Source: Sinorhizobium meliloti
Lineage (GTDB): Bacteria > Pseudomonadota > Alphaproteobacteria > Rhizobiales > Rhizobiaceae
Direction of reading: 5' to 3'
Assembly: GCF_017876815.1 (NCBI RefSeq)
Contig: NZ_JAGIOS010000003.1
Location: 1,350,001 to 1,382,000 of the forward strand
DNA: 32,000 nt
Shown here piece by piece: positions 1 to 9,296 of this stretch. Positions within the stretch are counted from its first letter, which is position 1, and each line of letters opens with the position of its first letter. The position numbers and the translations under genes are program-made. Under the pieces are notes generated by a model. The model was not told the DNA's origin and ran no database searches. It saw only the letters and a program-made list of their open reading frames with translations.

Positions 1-222
1 GAAATCTTCGACGTCGGACGCGAGGAAAAGCCGCATCTGGCCTTCTCCTACGGCCCGCACTACTGCATCGGCGTGGAGCTGGCCAGGCTGGAACTCAGGG
101 TGGTGTTCGGTTCTATCTTCCAGCGATTTCCCGCGCTGCGCCTGGCCGTGGCACCCGAAGAACTGAAGCTGCGCAAGGCGATCATCACGGGCGGGTTCGA
201 AGCGTTCCCGGTGCTCTGGTGA
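1..222 (+). CDS. cytochrome P450, C-terminal end (5' part lies outside the window)
   Basis: Frame 1 is open from base 1 to TGA at 220-222. The translation ...[25 protein letters not shown]... carries the heme-thiolate loop FxxGxHxCxG. Confidence 0.85.
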   Translation, partial: EIFDVGREEKPHLAFSYGPHYCIGVELARLELRVVFGSIFQRFPALRLAVAPEELKLRKAIITGGFEAFPVLW

Positions 223-316
223 TGCGCGGACGCCGCCGCGCATCGCGATCTTTTCCGCAATTTGCCGGGGCGCCTGGCGCGCACCGCCCGGATCAGCCAG
301 CCAAGAGGTAATCAAG

Positions 317-1035
317 ATGGACGTGCCAGAAACCACGGCAGCATGCCGGGACGCCTTCGCCGAAATGGCTTCGCCAACCTGCATCCACGACCCGTATCCG
401 TTCATGCGGTGGTTGCGCGAGCATGATCCGGTGCATCGCGCGGAGTCGGGGCTCTTTCTGTTGAGCCGCCACGCCGACATCCACTGGGCGCTCAAGGCGC
501 ATACGCGTCTGCGTCGGCTGATCTCGCGCGATTTCACCAGGCGCCAGATCGACAACCTGCGGCCGAGCATCGCGCGCATCGTCGCAGCGCGCCTGGACGG
601 CATGGCGTCCACGCTGGAGCGCGGGGAGGTGGTGGACCTGCATCGGGAATTCGCGCTGGCCTTGCCCATGCTGGTCTTCGCCTGCCCCAGGACGACATGT
701 TCGGGCTCGCCGCCGGCATCGGCGCGATTCTCGAAGGCCTAAGCCCGCACGCCAGCGATCCCCAGCTCGCCGCGGCGGACGCGGCCAGCGCCAGGGTGCA
801 GGCCTACTTCGGCGACCTCATACAGCGCAAGCGCACCGATCCGTGCCACGACATCGTATCGATGCTGGTAGGCGCACACGACGACGATGCCGACACGCTG
901 TCGGATGCGGAGTTGATCAGCATGCTATGGGGCATGCTGCTGGGCGGCTTCGCCACCACTGCTGCGACCATCGACCACGCGGTCCTTGCGATGCTGGCGT
1001 ATCCCGAACAGCGGCACTGGCTACAGGGAGACGCC
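317..1035 (+). pseudogene. cytochrome P450, frameshifted and 3'-truncated
   Basis: ORF 317-742 has a P450 N-terminus ([17 protein letters not shown]). The reading continues in another frame from about 690 ([11 protein letters not shown]...[26 protein letters not shown]-helix-like). No ExxR or heme loop follows, and similarity stops near 1035. Confidence 0.7.
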
Positions 1036-1587
1036 GTGGGCGCGTCCGAACGGGCCCGCAACAATTCGGGCCAATCCTATCGGTTACGGGGCCTTCATGG
1101 ACCCCCATTTTGCCGTCGTAAACCGTTACCGCGTTTACCTAAAGTGACATTGGTAGCGCGGGCGAGGACTGCGTCCCTCTGCTTTTCTGCTTCAGTCAGC
1201 ATAGCTACAAAGGCTGTCGCCTTCAGGGGGCGAACGGGAGCCGGGAGCTTCTGAAGAATTTTCGAATCTTCTGGCTAGCGGATTTTGCATCCGAAAGCAT
1301 TGTAAGCACCGACTCGGCGCAATCAGTAGTTTTACAGGGGTGTGCGAGACACCGCTTTGCGCTATATAGTTTGCGAGGCTGAAACGTAATGCACCTGTAA
1401 CCATCGGATGACCCTCTGGTTCTGATGGGTAACTTCTCATTGGTGAGAAGATTGGATCGGACAACTTCCTTCTATAAACATACGGAGATGAAGTGATCTT
1501 CAGACCTCAAGCTGAGGGCCTGTGTGTGTATCACTAACGTCATAGACAATACCCGCTGTCTCGCTCTTGCTCGTTTGGGAGGTTTGA

Positions 1588-3537
1588 TTGTTTGTATCTC
1601 ACAAAATTGCGCTCTTCGGTGTGGCGAGCGTTCTTTCGGCCGCCCATGTGCTATCGGCTGTTGCTCAAGAGGCCCGGACTGTGAGTAACCCACCAACCTA
1701 CATATTGGAGCCGATCACGAAATCGCGGGCGAAGCTGGAAACCTTCGCGCAGAACCGGGCGACCTTCCCGGGCGAGGTTCTGCTTGATATGAACGTCACA
1801 TACCTCGACCGTCAGGTCTACAATCCGGCCACCGCGCGATATGACCGAGTGAGGCTCCGCGGCTATCAGGACGCCCGCCAAGCCCGCCCATCCGGTGCCG
1901 ACACGCCGCTGGTCGGGCCGACGATCGATGTGCGCCCAGGTGAGACGGTGCGGACAACACTGAACAACATGCTCCCTCAGGATTCGACCTGCGGCATCGG
2001 CGGGGGCAGTGCTAATACCCCCCATTGCTTCAACGGTACGAACCTGCATTCTCACGGTCTCTGGGTAAATCCGTCGGGCAATGGCGACAATGTGCTGGTT
2101 TCGATCCGCCCCGGCGTCGAGTTCCAATATGAATACAACATCCCCGCCGATCATCCCGCGGGCACCTTCTGGTATCACCCGCACCTGCACGGATCGACCG
2201 CATTGCAGGTGTCGAGCGGCATGTCGGGAGCGCTGATTATCCGTGGCGATCGCATGCCGACCCCGACTGAAACCGGAGATCTCGACCGCCTGCTAAAGCA
2301 GCCAGACGGCTCCGATATCCCCGAGCGGGTCCTGGTGCTACAGCAGATCCAATATGCTTGCACCGACAGCGACGGCGGCATCACCTATGATTGCAAGCCA
2401 GGGCAGGTGGGGGGCATCGAAAGCTACGATCAGTTCGGACCTGGCAGTTGGCCGGCCTCGGGTCGCTTCACCAGCATCAACGGTCAGGTGCTGGGCCAAT
2501 TGGCGCCGGCGGTGGCTGGATCGATCGAGCGCTGGCGGATGATCCATGCCGGTGTTCGCGACACCATCAATTTCGAGATCCGGCGGAAGACCGGTACGGC
2601 CGCATTGCGCACGCTTACCGCGGCGGACACCCACAGATGGATTGACCAGAATTGCGGCAAGGATGCCATCCCGTATGGCGTGGTGGCCCAGGACGGGCTG
2701 ACAATGGCGCAGGTGCAGATGCGGCAGCAGGCGGTCCTGCAGCCGGGCTACAGGGTTGACGCGCTTGTGGTGCTGCCCGGAGCGGGTGAATACTGCCTCG
2801 TCGATGCCGCCGCGCCAGCAGCGGCCAGCGTCAATCAGCTTGGTCCGAGCCGCCGACTTCTCGGCATAGTCACTGCAGTGGAAGGCGATGCCGTCAACGG
2901 CGAGATTGGCGCCTATCTGCAGGATTGGCTGATTTCGGCGGCTGAGCGCACCATGGCGCAGGATGTTGCCGGCAAGGTCATCGACGACCTCAAGGGTGAA
3001 ATGCGGCTTTCAAGTTTCATTCCCCATCCGGACATCGCACCGGGGGAGGTCACGGGCGAGCAGCAGCTGGTGTTCAACATTGATGTCAAGCAGCCGGGCG
3101 GCACCTTCTTCGAGATTGACGGTAAGCCCTATGATACGAGCCGCATCGACCGGACGCTGCCGCTTGGCGGAGTCGATGAATGGACGCTCAGGTCGGATTT
3201 CGTCAGCCATCCGTTCCATATCCATGTCAATCCGTTCCAAATCATCAAGATCGTCGATGCGGCCGGCAATGATGTCAGCGCCCTTGGTGCCAATGATGAC
3301 GGCGACCCGCAATATGCGGGACTGAAGAATGTCTGGAAGGACACGCTGTGGATTAAGAATCCCGGCACCGACCCCTCGACGAGTTACACGATTACCGTGC
3401 GGACGCGCTACCAGCGCTACATCGGCGAGTTCGTCTTGCATTGCCACATTCTCGATCATGAGGACCAGGGGATGATGCAGAACGTCAGGATCACCCTGCC
3501 GGACGGCCATGGCGGCACCGTTACCGGCCATCACTAG
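1588..3537 (+). CDS. secreted multicopper oxidase (laccase-like)
   Basis: 649-aa ORF with GGGAGG 5 nt upstream of the TTG start. It has a signal-like N-terminus (...VLSAVA/QE) and four copper-ligand motifs: HSHGLWV, WYHPHLHG, HPFHIHVNPF and HCHILDHEDQGMM. Confidence 0.9.
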   Translation: MFVSHKIALFGVASVLSAAHVLSAVAQEARTVSNPPTYILEPITKSRAKLETFAQNRATFPGEVLLDMNVTYLDRQVYNPATARYDRVRLRGYQDARQARPSGADTPLVGPTIDVRPGETVRTTLNNMLPQDSTCGIGGGSANTPHCFNGTNLHSHGLWVNPSGNGDNVLVSIRPGVEFQYEYNIPADHPAGTFWYHPHLHGSTALQVSSGMSGALIIRGDRMPTPTETGDLDRLLKQPDGSDIPERVLVLQQIQYACTDSDGGITYDCKPGQVGGIESYDQFGPGSWPASGRFTSINGQVLGQLAPAVAGSIERWRMIHAGVRDTINFEIRRKTGTAALRTLTAADTHRWIDQNCGKDAIPYGVVAQDGLTMAQVQMRQQAVLQPGYRVDALVVLPGAGEYCLVDAAAPAAASVNQLGPSRRLLGIVTAVEGDAVNGEIGAYLQDWLISAAERTMAQDVAGKVIDDLKGEMRLSSFIPHPDIAPGEVTGEQQLVFNIDVKQPGGTFFEIDGKPYDTSRIDRTLPLGGVDEWTLRSDFVSHPFHIHVNPFQIIKIVDAAGNDVSALGANDDGDPQYAGLKNVWKDTLWIKNPGTDPSTSYTITVRTRYQRYIGEFVLHCHILDHEDQGMMQNVRITLPDGHGGTVTGHH

Positions 3538-3564
3538 ATAGCTGATCGCCTTTTGGGAGGACAT

Positions 3565-3957
3565 ATGAGCTTCGTCGGCACTTGGAGTTATCGGAGCCTG
3601 ATCAACAATCCCGACCTGTCGACCGATTTCAGTGCCCTGGAATTTGGTCAGGGAACGCTGGTGCTAACCGAGTTGGAGCCGGGCAGGGTTGGCGGAACCA
3701 TCGGCGGGCCGGGCTGGTCGTTAGAATTGACCGGCGCCGTGCAGCCGGGCGACCCGGTCGAACTGCAATTTACCGGAAAAGGCGAGGTGGCCGGAGAGAC
3801 CTGGATCTACAGTTATCGCGGCTACGTCGTGCCGAACTGGCCGAACGGCGTCGACCAGAGAGATGCCATTGTCGGCAGCGTCGTCCGCGACGTCCCGCAT
3901 TCGCACGGGACTGCTGCGGCCGGCTACGTCGCCTCTTGGTATGCCGTGCGGCAGTGA
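3565..3957 (+). CDS. hypothetical 130-aa protein between the oxidase genes
   Basis: ATG at 3565 is preceded by GGGAGG (the ORF track starts 12 nt earlier at a non-ATG codon). It lies 27 nt after the MCO stop and 63 nt before the tyrosinase start. There is no signal peptide and no motif I recognise. Confidence 0.6.
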   Translation: MSFVGTWSYRSLINNPDLSTDFSALEFGQGTLVLTELEPGRVGGTIGGPGWSLELTGAVQPGDPVELQFTGKGEVAGETWIYSYRGYVVPNWPNGVDQRDAIVGSVVRDVPHSHGTAAAGYVASWYAVRQ

Positions 3958-4020
3958 TGTTCCACCCCTTGCCGTAGCTGCAAGACATTCTGTCTAACAC
4001 CTGTTCAGGGGATAATCTCG

Positions 4021-5631
4021 ATGACACGCACGCGATTTCTGACGGTTTCACGCCGCTCTTTCGTCAAAGGCGCAACCGCTGCCGCCGGTACAGCCCTTTT
4101 CGCACCAAGCATTCTGCGGGCGGCGACCAAGCATAGGCGCAAGAACATGACCAGCGCCGATGGGCAGAAGGACTTGCAAACTTATATGGATGCCGTGACC
4201 GCGATGCTGAAGCTTCCGCCTTCGGATCCGCGCAACTGGTACCGCAATGGCTTCATCCACCTGATGGACTGCCCCCATGGCGACTGGTGGTTCACCAGCT
4301 GGCACCGCGGCTATCTTGGCTATTTCGAAGAGACTTGCCGCGAACTGAGCGGCAATCCGGATTTCGCCCTCCCATATTGGGACTGGACGGCCAATCCCGA
4401 GGTTCTGCCGCCGCTGTTCGGCACGATTCTCGATCCCGTCAACAGCTCCGCCTACATTCCCGACCACAACCGCTTCCAGGACATCATGCAGGAGCCGATC
4501 AAGGCCTATTGGGACAGTCTCAGCTCCGCCCAATTGCAGCAGCAGAACCTGCGCGGCTATCCGGATTTTGATGCGCTATGGAGCGACGCAATGGCGAGCT
4601 TCGCCAACCAGCCGAACGCCCGCTTCCTGACGGCGCAGAATCCGAAACTCAATCCCGCCACCCAAACCGCAGTCGACATCGACACCATCAAGGCATCGCT
4701 GGCGCCAACAACCTTCGCCAACGACGCGGGCGCTCCGGGTCTCGCTTTCAACAGTCCGGTATCGTCCAGCCACCAGGTGGCACCGGTCGGCTTCTCCATT
4801 CTTGAAGGCCAGCCGCATAACCGCGTCCATATGAGCGTCGGCGGCCAGAGCGCTCCCTATGGGCTGATGTCACAGAACCTGTCACCGCTCGACCCGATCT
4901 TCTTTCTGCATCATTGCAACATCGATCGGCTGTGGGATGTCTGGACCCGCAAGCAGCAGGCGATGGGCCTGCCCGTCGGGCCAACGGCTGACCAACAGAC
5001 GCAGTACGATCCGGAACCCTATCTCTTTTATGTCAACGCTGACGGCAGCCCGGTCAGCGACAAGACCAGGGCCGCCGACTATCTCGAAATCGGCGACTTT
5101 GACTATGATTATGAGCCTGGCAGCGGCGAAGAGGTGATCCCGGTTGCAACCGCCGGCCGCTCGGCCCCCATTCCGGCATTGGAAGCAGCCGTGTCTGCGT
5201 CCGCGGCCGTGGCCATAAACAAACCGGCGACTGCCAAGCTCACCGTTTCGCAGGAGCTCGTGGATGTTGCCGCGAAGCCTTCGGAACAGTCGCGTCAATT
5301 CGCGAAGGTCAGCATCGCGCCGCCTATGGACGTTGGCGGACTGAATTTCCTCGTTTTCATTTCCCCCGAGGGAACGACGCCTGATCTCAACCCGGACGGA
5401 CCGGATTTCGCCGGCAGTTTCGAGTTCTTCGGTGTTCGTCATCATCATACCGACACGGTCAGCTTCACCATACCGATCGACAAGGCGCTCGACAGGCTGA
5501 TCGACGATGGTAGGCTCAAAGCAGGCGAACCGATCGACTTCGCCGTTGTGGTCGCGCAAGAGGGCAAGCGTGTTGAAGGCAGCATGCCGGCGAAGGCACA
5601 GCTGACCGACATTCAGGTGGGCTCGTTCTGA
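4021..5631 (+). CDS. Tat-signal tyrosinase / polyphenol oxidase with C-terminal extension
   Basis: Twin-arginine signal VSRRSFVKGATAAAG...ILRAA. CuA region HGDWWFTSWHRGYLGYFE plus LPYWDW. CuB region HNRVH...DPIFFLHHCNIDRLWDVW. About 150 extra C-terminal residues follow. Confidence 0.9.
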   Translation: MTRTRFLTVSRRSFVKGATAAAGTALFAPSILRAATKHRRKNMTSADGQKDLQTYMDAVTAMLKLPPSDPRNWYRNGFIHLMDCPHGDWWFTSWHRGYLGYFEETCRELSGNPDFALPYWDWTANPEVLPPLFGTILDPVNSSAYIPDHNRFQDIMQEPIKAYWDSLSSAQLQQQNLRGYPDFDALWSDAMASFANQPNARFLTAQNPKLNPATQTAVDIDTIKASLAPTTFANDAGAPGLAFNSPVSSSHQVAPVGFSILEGQPHNRVHMSVGGQSAPYGLMSQNLSPLDPIFFLHHCNIDRLWDVWTRKQQAMGLPVGPTADQQTQYDPEPYLFYVNADGSPVSDKTRAADYLEIGDFDYDYEPGSGEEVIPVATAGRSAPIPALEAAVSASAAVAINKPATAKLTVSQELVDVAAKPSEQSRQFAKVSIAPPMDVGGLNFLVFISPEGTTPDLNPDGPDFAGSFEFFGVRHHHTDTVSFTIPIDKALDRLIDDGRLKAGEPIDFAVVVAQEGKRVEGSMPAKAQLTDIQVGSF

Positions 5632-5759
5632 ACCGCGCGAGGCACAGAAATCCGCGGGTTATGTTTTCGGTGATGCGCTGGTCGCAAAACATGCTCGCGG
5701 TTTCACGCTGCCTGGCACAGAGATAAACGGCAGCGCGCTGCTTGGGATTTAAGGCGGAG

Positions 5760-6089
5760 ATGGCCGATCAACGAAGAATTGTCATCAACCTGCCGCGGGC
5801 GCCGCAGCCCGACGAGATCGTGGGGCTCAATATCGTGACCGGTCCGTTACCGCTTGGTGCGGAAATCCGCTTTCGAACCACCTCCGGCCGCCCTATCGGT
5901 TCCGCCACTCCATTCGGCAGGGCCGATCCCAAGAACCAACTGGTATTCCAGCTATCGCTTCCCGGCCGCTATCTCAATGGCTCCCGACTGGAAATCTTTG
6001 CGGACATGCTTGACGCCGGAAGCTCCTTACCACGGGCGCCGACCGAACAGGAACTGGTCTCGGTAACGGGGTGGATTGTGCAACAGTGA
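5760..6089 (+). CDS. hypothetical 109-aa protein
   Basis: ATG at 5760 is preceded by AAGGCGGAG. The ORF is open to TGA at 6087-6089 and has no recognisable motif. Confidence 0.4.
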   Translation: MADQRRIVINLPRAPQPDEIVGLNIVTGPLPLGAEIRFRTTSGRPIGSATPFGRADPKNQLVFQLSLPGRYLNGSRLEIFADMLDAGSSLPRAPTEQELVSVTGWIVQQ

Positions 6090-6132
6090 AATTCCACCGT
6101 ATGACCGCTCGGAGCACCAAGGGCTCGATCTT

Positions 6133-7032
6133 GGCAAACTGTTCGATCGGAGCGAAATCGGGAGCTGTCGTTTGCCGGTTAAAAGGGCCGTGTCGCAAGC
6201 TGGCGATAGGACGCGTTGAGCCGAGATGCACCCTGCCTTCACGCTTTGTTAACCTTTTGAAGTCCGAAGAGGCGCGCGAGCAGATCGTTCTGATCGTTGA
6301 CGGTCCAGCCTCCGGCGAAGCCGAAGCCTTTCCGCAGCCACAACATCGCTTCGAAACCCGCGATCGTCCGCCGCGCCGTTTGGAAGGATTGAAAGCCGCC
6401 GATCTTCGGCATGTTCTTCTTCACTCTGAAATGGTCGCTCTCGATGCCTTGCTGCAGATGCTTGGTCGGGTCTGGATGCAGGAGCCCATCATCGACTGAC
6501 GTTTTGATCGCCGACGGAAATGTATTGGCGCCGTCCGTGCCGATCTTTTCGGGCCAGAGTAGCGGCTCCTCCTTGAGCATTTTACGGAAGAACCGCTTGG
6601 CGGCATCGAGGTCGCGCTTTGCAGTGAGCAGGAAATCAACCGGGCTTCCGTGCTTGTCGATAGCGCGATACAGATAGCGCCACCTGCCGCGGATCTTGAT
6701 GTAGGTCTCGTCAATCCGGACCGAACCGCAATGGGGTCGGCGAAACTGGCGCAGCCGCTTTTCGATCATCGGCGCATAGGCGAGGACCCATCGGTTGATC
6801 GTGCTGTGGTCTACTTCGATCCACGCTCTCGGAACATCTCCTCAAGGTTTCGGTAGCTGAGCGGGTAGCGCAAGTACCACGCAACCGCCTGGACGATCAG
6901 CCACGCCTCGAAATGTCGACCCTTGAAATCGTCCTTAGACTGGCGCTTCAGCTTCTCGGCAATGGCATTCAGAATCATCTGTACGCTCCACGACACTGGA
7001 ACGGGAATTTCTCAGCCGATCGTCAACATGCC
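6133..7032 (-). mobile_element. IS6-family insertion sequence (~900 bp)
   Basis: Imperfect terminal inverted repeats GGCAAACTGTTCGATCGG (6133-6150) and the reverse complement of 7016-7032, GGCATGTTGACGATCGG. Both resemble the IS26-type GGCACTGTTGCA end. They enclose the IS6 transposase reading frames. I did not see an 8-bp direct repeat. Confidence 0.65.
6239..6996 (-). pseudogene. IS6-family transposase, one frameshift near 6800
   Basis: The N-terminal ORF 6811-6996 (FKGRHFEAWLIVQAVAWYLRYPLSYRNLEEMFRERG) and ORF 6239-6769 (...RIDETYIKIRGRWRYLYRAIDKHG...TDGANTF...ESDH) together resemble IS26-type Tnp. They sit in different frames. Confidence 0.85.
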
Positions 7033-7305
7033 GTTAACCAAGAAAATTTGCGACACGACCGGTTGACGCCTGCCCCGTCCCCGAAGCCCGCCGCCTTGAT
7101 AAAAAAAGTCGATTGCAGCACCGGATTGATGCTGCAACTGGATTTGATGGACCGGAGCGTGACTCCGCTTGACCGGTAGCCGCGTTCTGATCCGCGGACA
7201 AGAGACATCCGCTATCCAAACTTGACACGTGACTTGTAGCAGCGCGAATCTGCCTCGGATCTCATGGAATGCGCTCGCCTTTCAAGCATAGGAGTTAGCA
7301 CCAGC

Positions 7306-8271
7306 TCAGAGCCACCCGGATTTCTTGAATCGGTAGAAAAGGAAGGCGCAAAGCCCGGCAATCGTTGCAAGGACAGCGAAATAGCCGTACCGCGTCTTCA
7401 ACTCGGGCATATACTCGAAATTCATGCCGTAAATTCCTGCTATTGCCGTCGGAACGGCGAGGATGGCGGCCCAAGCGGCAAGTTGGCGGGTGATGGTGCC
7501 CTGCCGCTGCTGTTCTAGCAGGTTGCTCGCCTCGAACACTGAGGTAATCACCTCGCGCAGACCATTGACCATGCCTTCGACGCGCATGACGTGGTCATGG
7601 ACGTCGCGGAAATAGGGCTTTGCGTGGTCGTCAATGCACGGCAAGTCCAAGTGTACCAGCTTGCCCACCACTTCCGACATGGGTCCAAGAATGCGCTGAA
7701 ACAGGATCACTTGTCGACGCAGGCGAAATATACGACGGATCTGATCGCGCTCAAGAAAGGCCACAAGCATGTGCTTTTCCATCGCCAGGACCTTGTCCTC
7801 GATCGTCTGTACGACCGGAAGATAGCCATCGACGATGAAGTCGATAATCGCATGCAGAACGTAATCTGGTCCCTTCTGCAACAGTTGCGGCGAGGCTTCG
7901 AGTTGAGAACGAAGCTGGGAATGCGCACGCGCTGACCCTTGCCTGACGGAAATGATGTGGTGTCGTCCGACGAACAGCGCTGTCTCGCCATAGGCGATTT
8001 TATCGCCTTCGAGGTGTGCGGTCTTGGCGACCACGAACAGTTGCTCGCCGTAAACGTCGACCTTCGGAATTTGCTGCGAATGGACCGCGTCCTCGACCGC
8101 AAGTTGATGAAGAGAGTAAGCCTGCTGGAGGACGCCCATCTCCTCGGCCGTCGGGGCTTGCAAACCAATCCACGCGAACTCATTGTCCCTGAAGGAAATC
8201 GGCGTGGGGGAGAGCGGTAAATCCTCTGCGCGCTTTCCGTCGCGATACATGAAAGAGGCGACGACAGGCAT
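7306..8271 (-). CDS. corA: CorA-family magnesium/cobalt transporter
   Basis: 321-aa ORF with AAGGAA upstream of the ATG. It has the YGMNF signature (IAGIYGMNFEYMPEL) followed by a C-terminal TM segment. Confidence 0.9.
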   Translation of the reverse strand: MPVVASFMYRDGKRAEDLPLSPTPISFRDNEFAWIGLQAPTAEEMGVLQQAYSLHQLAVEDAVHSQQIPKVDVYGEQLFVVAKTAHLEGDKIAYGETALFVGRHHIISVRQGSARAHSQLRSQLEASPQLLQKGPDYVLHAIIDFIVDGYLPVVQTIEDKVLAMEKHMLVAFLERDQIRRIFRLRRQVILFQRILGPMSEVVGKLVHLDLPCIDDHAKPYFRDVHDHVMRVEGMVNGLREVITSVFEASNLLEQQRQGTITRQLAAWAAILAVPTAIAGIYGMNFEYMPELKTRYGYFAVLATIAGLCAFLFYRFKKSGWL

Positions 8272-8350
8272 GCGATTTCCTTCTTGTTGCCGTGGTCGAG
8301 CTAAGAACCGCCCAATTTGATCAATCTACTTCCCGGTCCGACATGCCACC

Positions 8351-8641
8351 TCAGGCCGAGTTTTCAACCGAACTTCGGGCCATCTCCTTGCGACCAGATG
8401 CTGGAGGATCGATGGGCGTCGATGCCGTGTTCTTTCCTAGCCCAGACGCGCGTGCGAGTTCCGAGCGTTGTCTGGCATAGTTCGGAGCTACCATCGGGTA
8501 TTCGGCCGGGAGCTTCCACCTTTCTCGATACTGCTCCGGCGTCAGAGCGTACTTTGCCATCAGGTGCCGCTTCAGCGATTTGAATTTCTTGGCATCGTCA
8601 AGGCAGACTGCATTCAGCCCCACCTGTTCCAAGAAACACAA
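8351..8641 (-). pseudogene. MucR/Ros-family regulator, DNA-binding C-terminal part only
   Basis: VCLDDAKKFKSLKRHLMAKYALTPEQYRERWKLPAEYPMVAPNYARQRSELA matches the Ros/MucR domain. An in-frame TGA lies immediately upstream of the TTG at 8639-8641, and the N-terminal ~50-60 aa of the family are absent. Confidence 0.7.
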
Positions 8642-9296
8642 TCATTCCCTCTGCACCCGCCCCAGGGGTAGCTGAACGCAACTCAAATGTCATCATGTCC
8701 AGGAGGTCGAACGCAGGTTCTCGAACTGATGAGCACACTCAAACTCTTCGCCATGCGTAGGGCCCGAAGAGGTCTCCTGATGCTGCTCGTTGCGTGGACC
8801 TGTGAGCGCCCCTTGAGATAGCCGCTATCGGCCGGTCTACCCGATCGTCTAAAATGAAGTCGAATATACCCGTTGCCGTAAGTCGCAGGAGGGTCAAAGG
8901 AGACCTCGAAGCGTCGGACACGCCGCGCGCTGTCCCAATTGGACTTCCAGCGATTTGGACCGCAACAATCGAACGCTCTGCAAGCTTGTTGAGGACGGTC
9001 TGAGCTAGTCCATTTTGAGTAGAAATGAACGGAGCGATAACTATCGGAACTGGGCGGTAATGACAATGGCGCTCGACGATTGTATTGATAAAACATAATT
9101 AGTACCAAGTATTGGTGACGGCGCTAGCCTGATCTGAACGTATTTAATTTCAATAACGAATTAATTACAACACTGGATCAATATCGTACTGAAGGATTCT
9201 TCCGAAATATTTAGGAAATGTTCTCTGTAGGAATTTTAACGCACTCAGACAGTGACACAGAACCCGGAATCTATAGGGAGTGCCAAGGAGGGACAA

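Noticed and set aside
1272-1289. Sigma-54-like sequence TGGCTAGCGGATTTTGCA upstream of the multicopper oxidase.
   Set aside because: The GG-to-GC spacing is 2 nt longer than the strict TGGCAC-N5-TTGC geometry, so it is not a credible -24/-12 promoter.
1300-1345. A possible solo IS66-type end (GTAAGCACCGACTCGGCGCAATCAG) downstream of the dead P450.
   Set aside because: Only the GTAAGC start resembles IS66 ends, with no partner repeat or transposase remnant nearby.
1651-5559. Long antisense ORFs inside the oxidase genes (for example 1651-2190, 3010-3564, 4048-4533 and 4882-5559). Similar shadows occur at 11944-12552, 15638-16267, 21050-21544 and 29481-30296.
   Set aside because: These are typical high-GC shadow ORFs opposite genes with strong motif support. 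Their compositions are Arg/Ala/Gly-rich with no motifs.
6071-6499. A 142-aa plus-strand ORF, and an IS26-like end motif TTGTGCAACAGTGAA at 6076-6090.
   Set aside because: The ORF is antisense to the IS6 transposase. The IR-like motif matches only about 11 of 14 positions, lies inside the upstream ORF's last codons and has no partner, so it may be coincidence.
8683-9108. A 141-aa minus-strand ORF, and a protein-like alternative frame (IVIAPFISTQNGLAQTVLNKLAERSIVAVQIAG...).
   Set aside because: The 141-aa ORF is Arg/Ser-rich and not protein-like. The nicer frame has no start codon before a GTG at 8921 and no motif I recognise, so at most it is an unidentifiable remnant.
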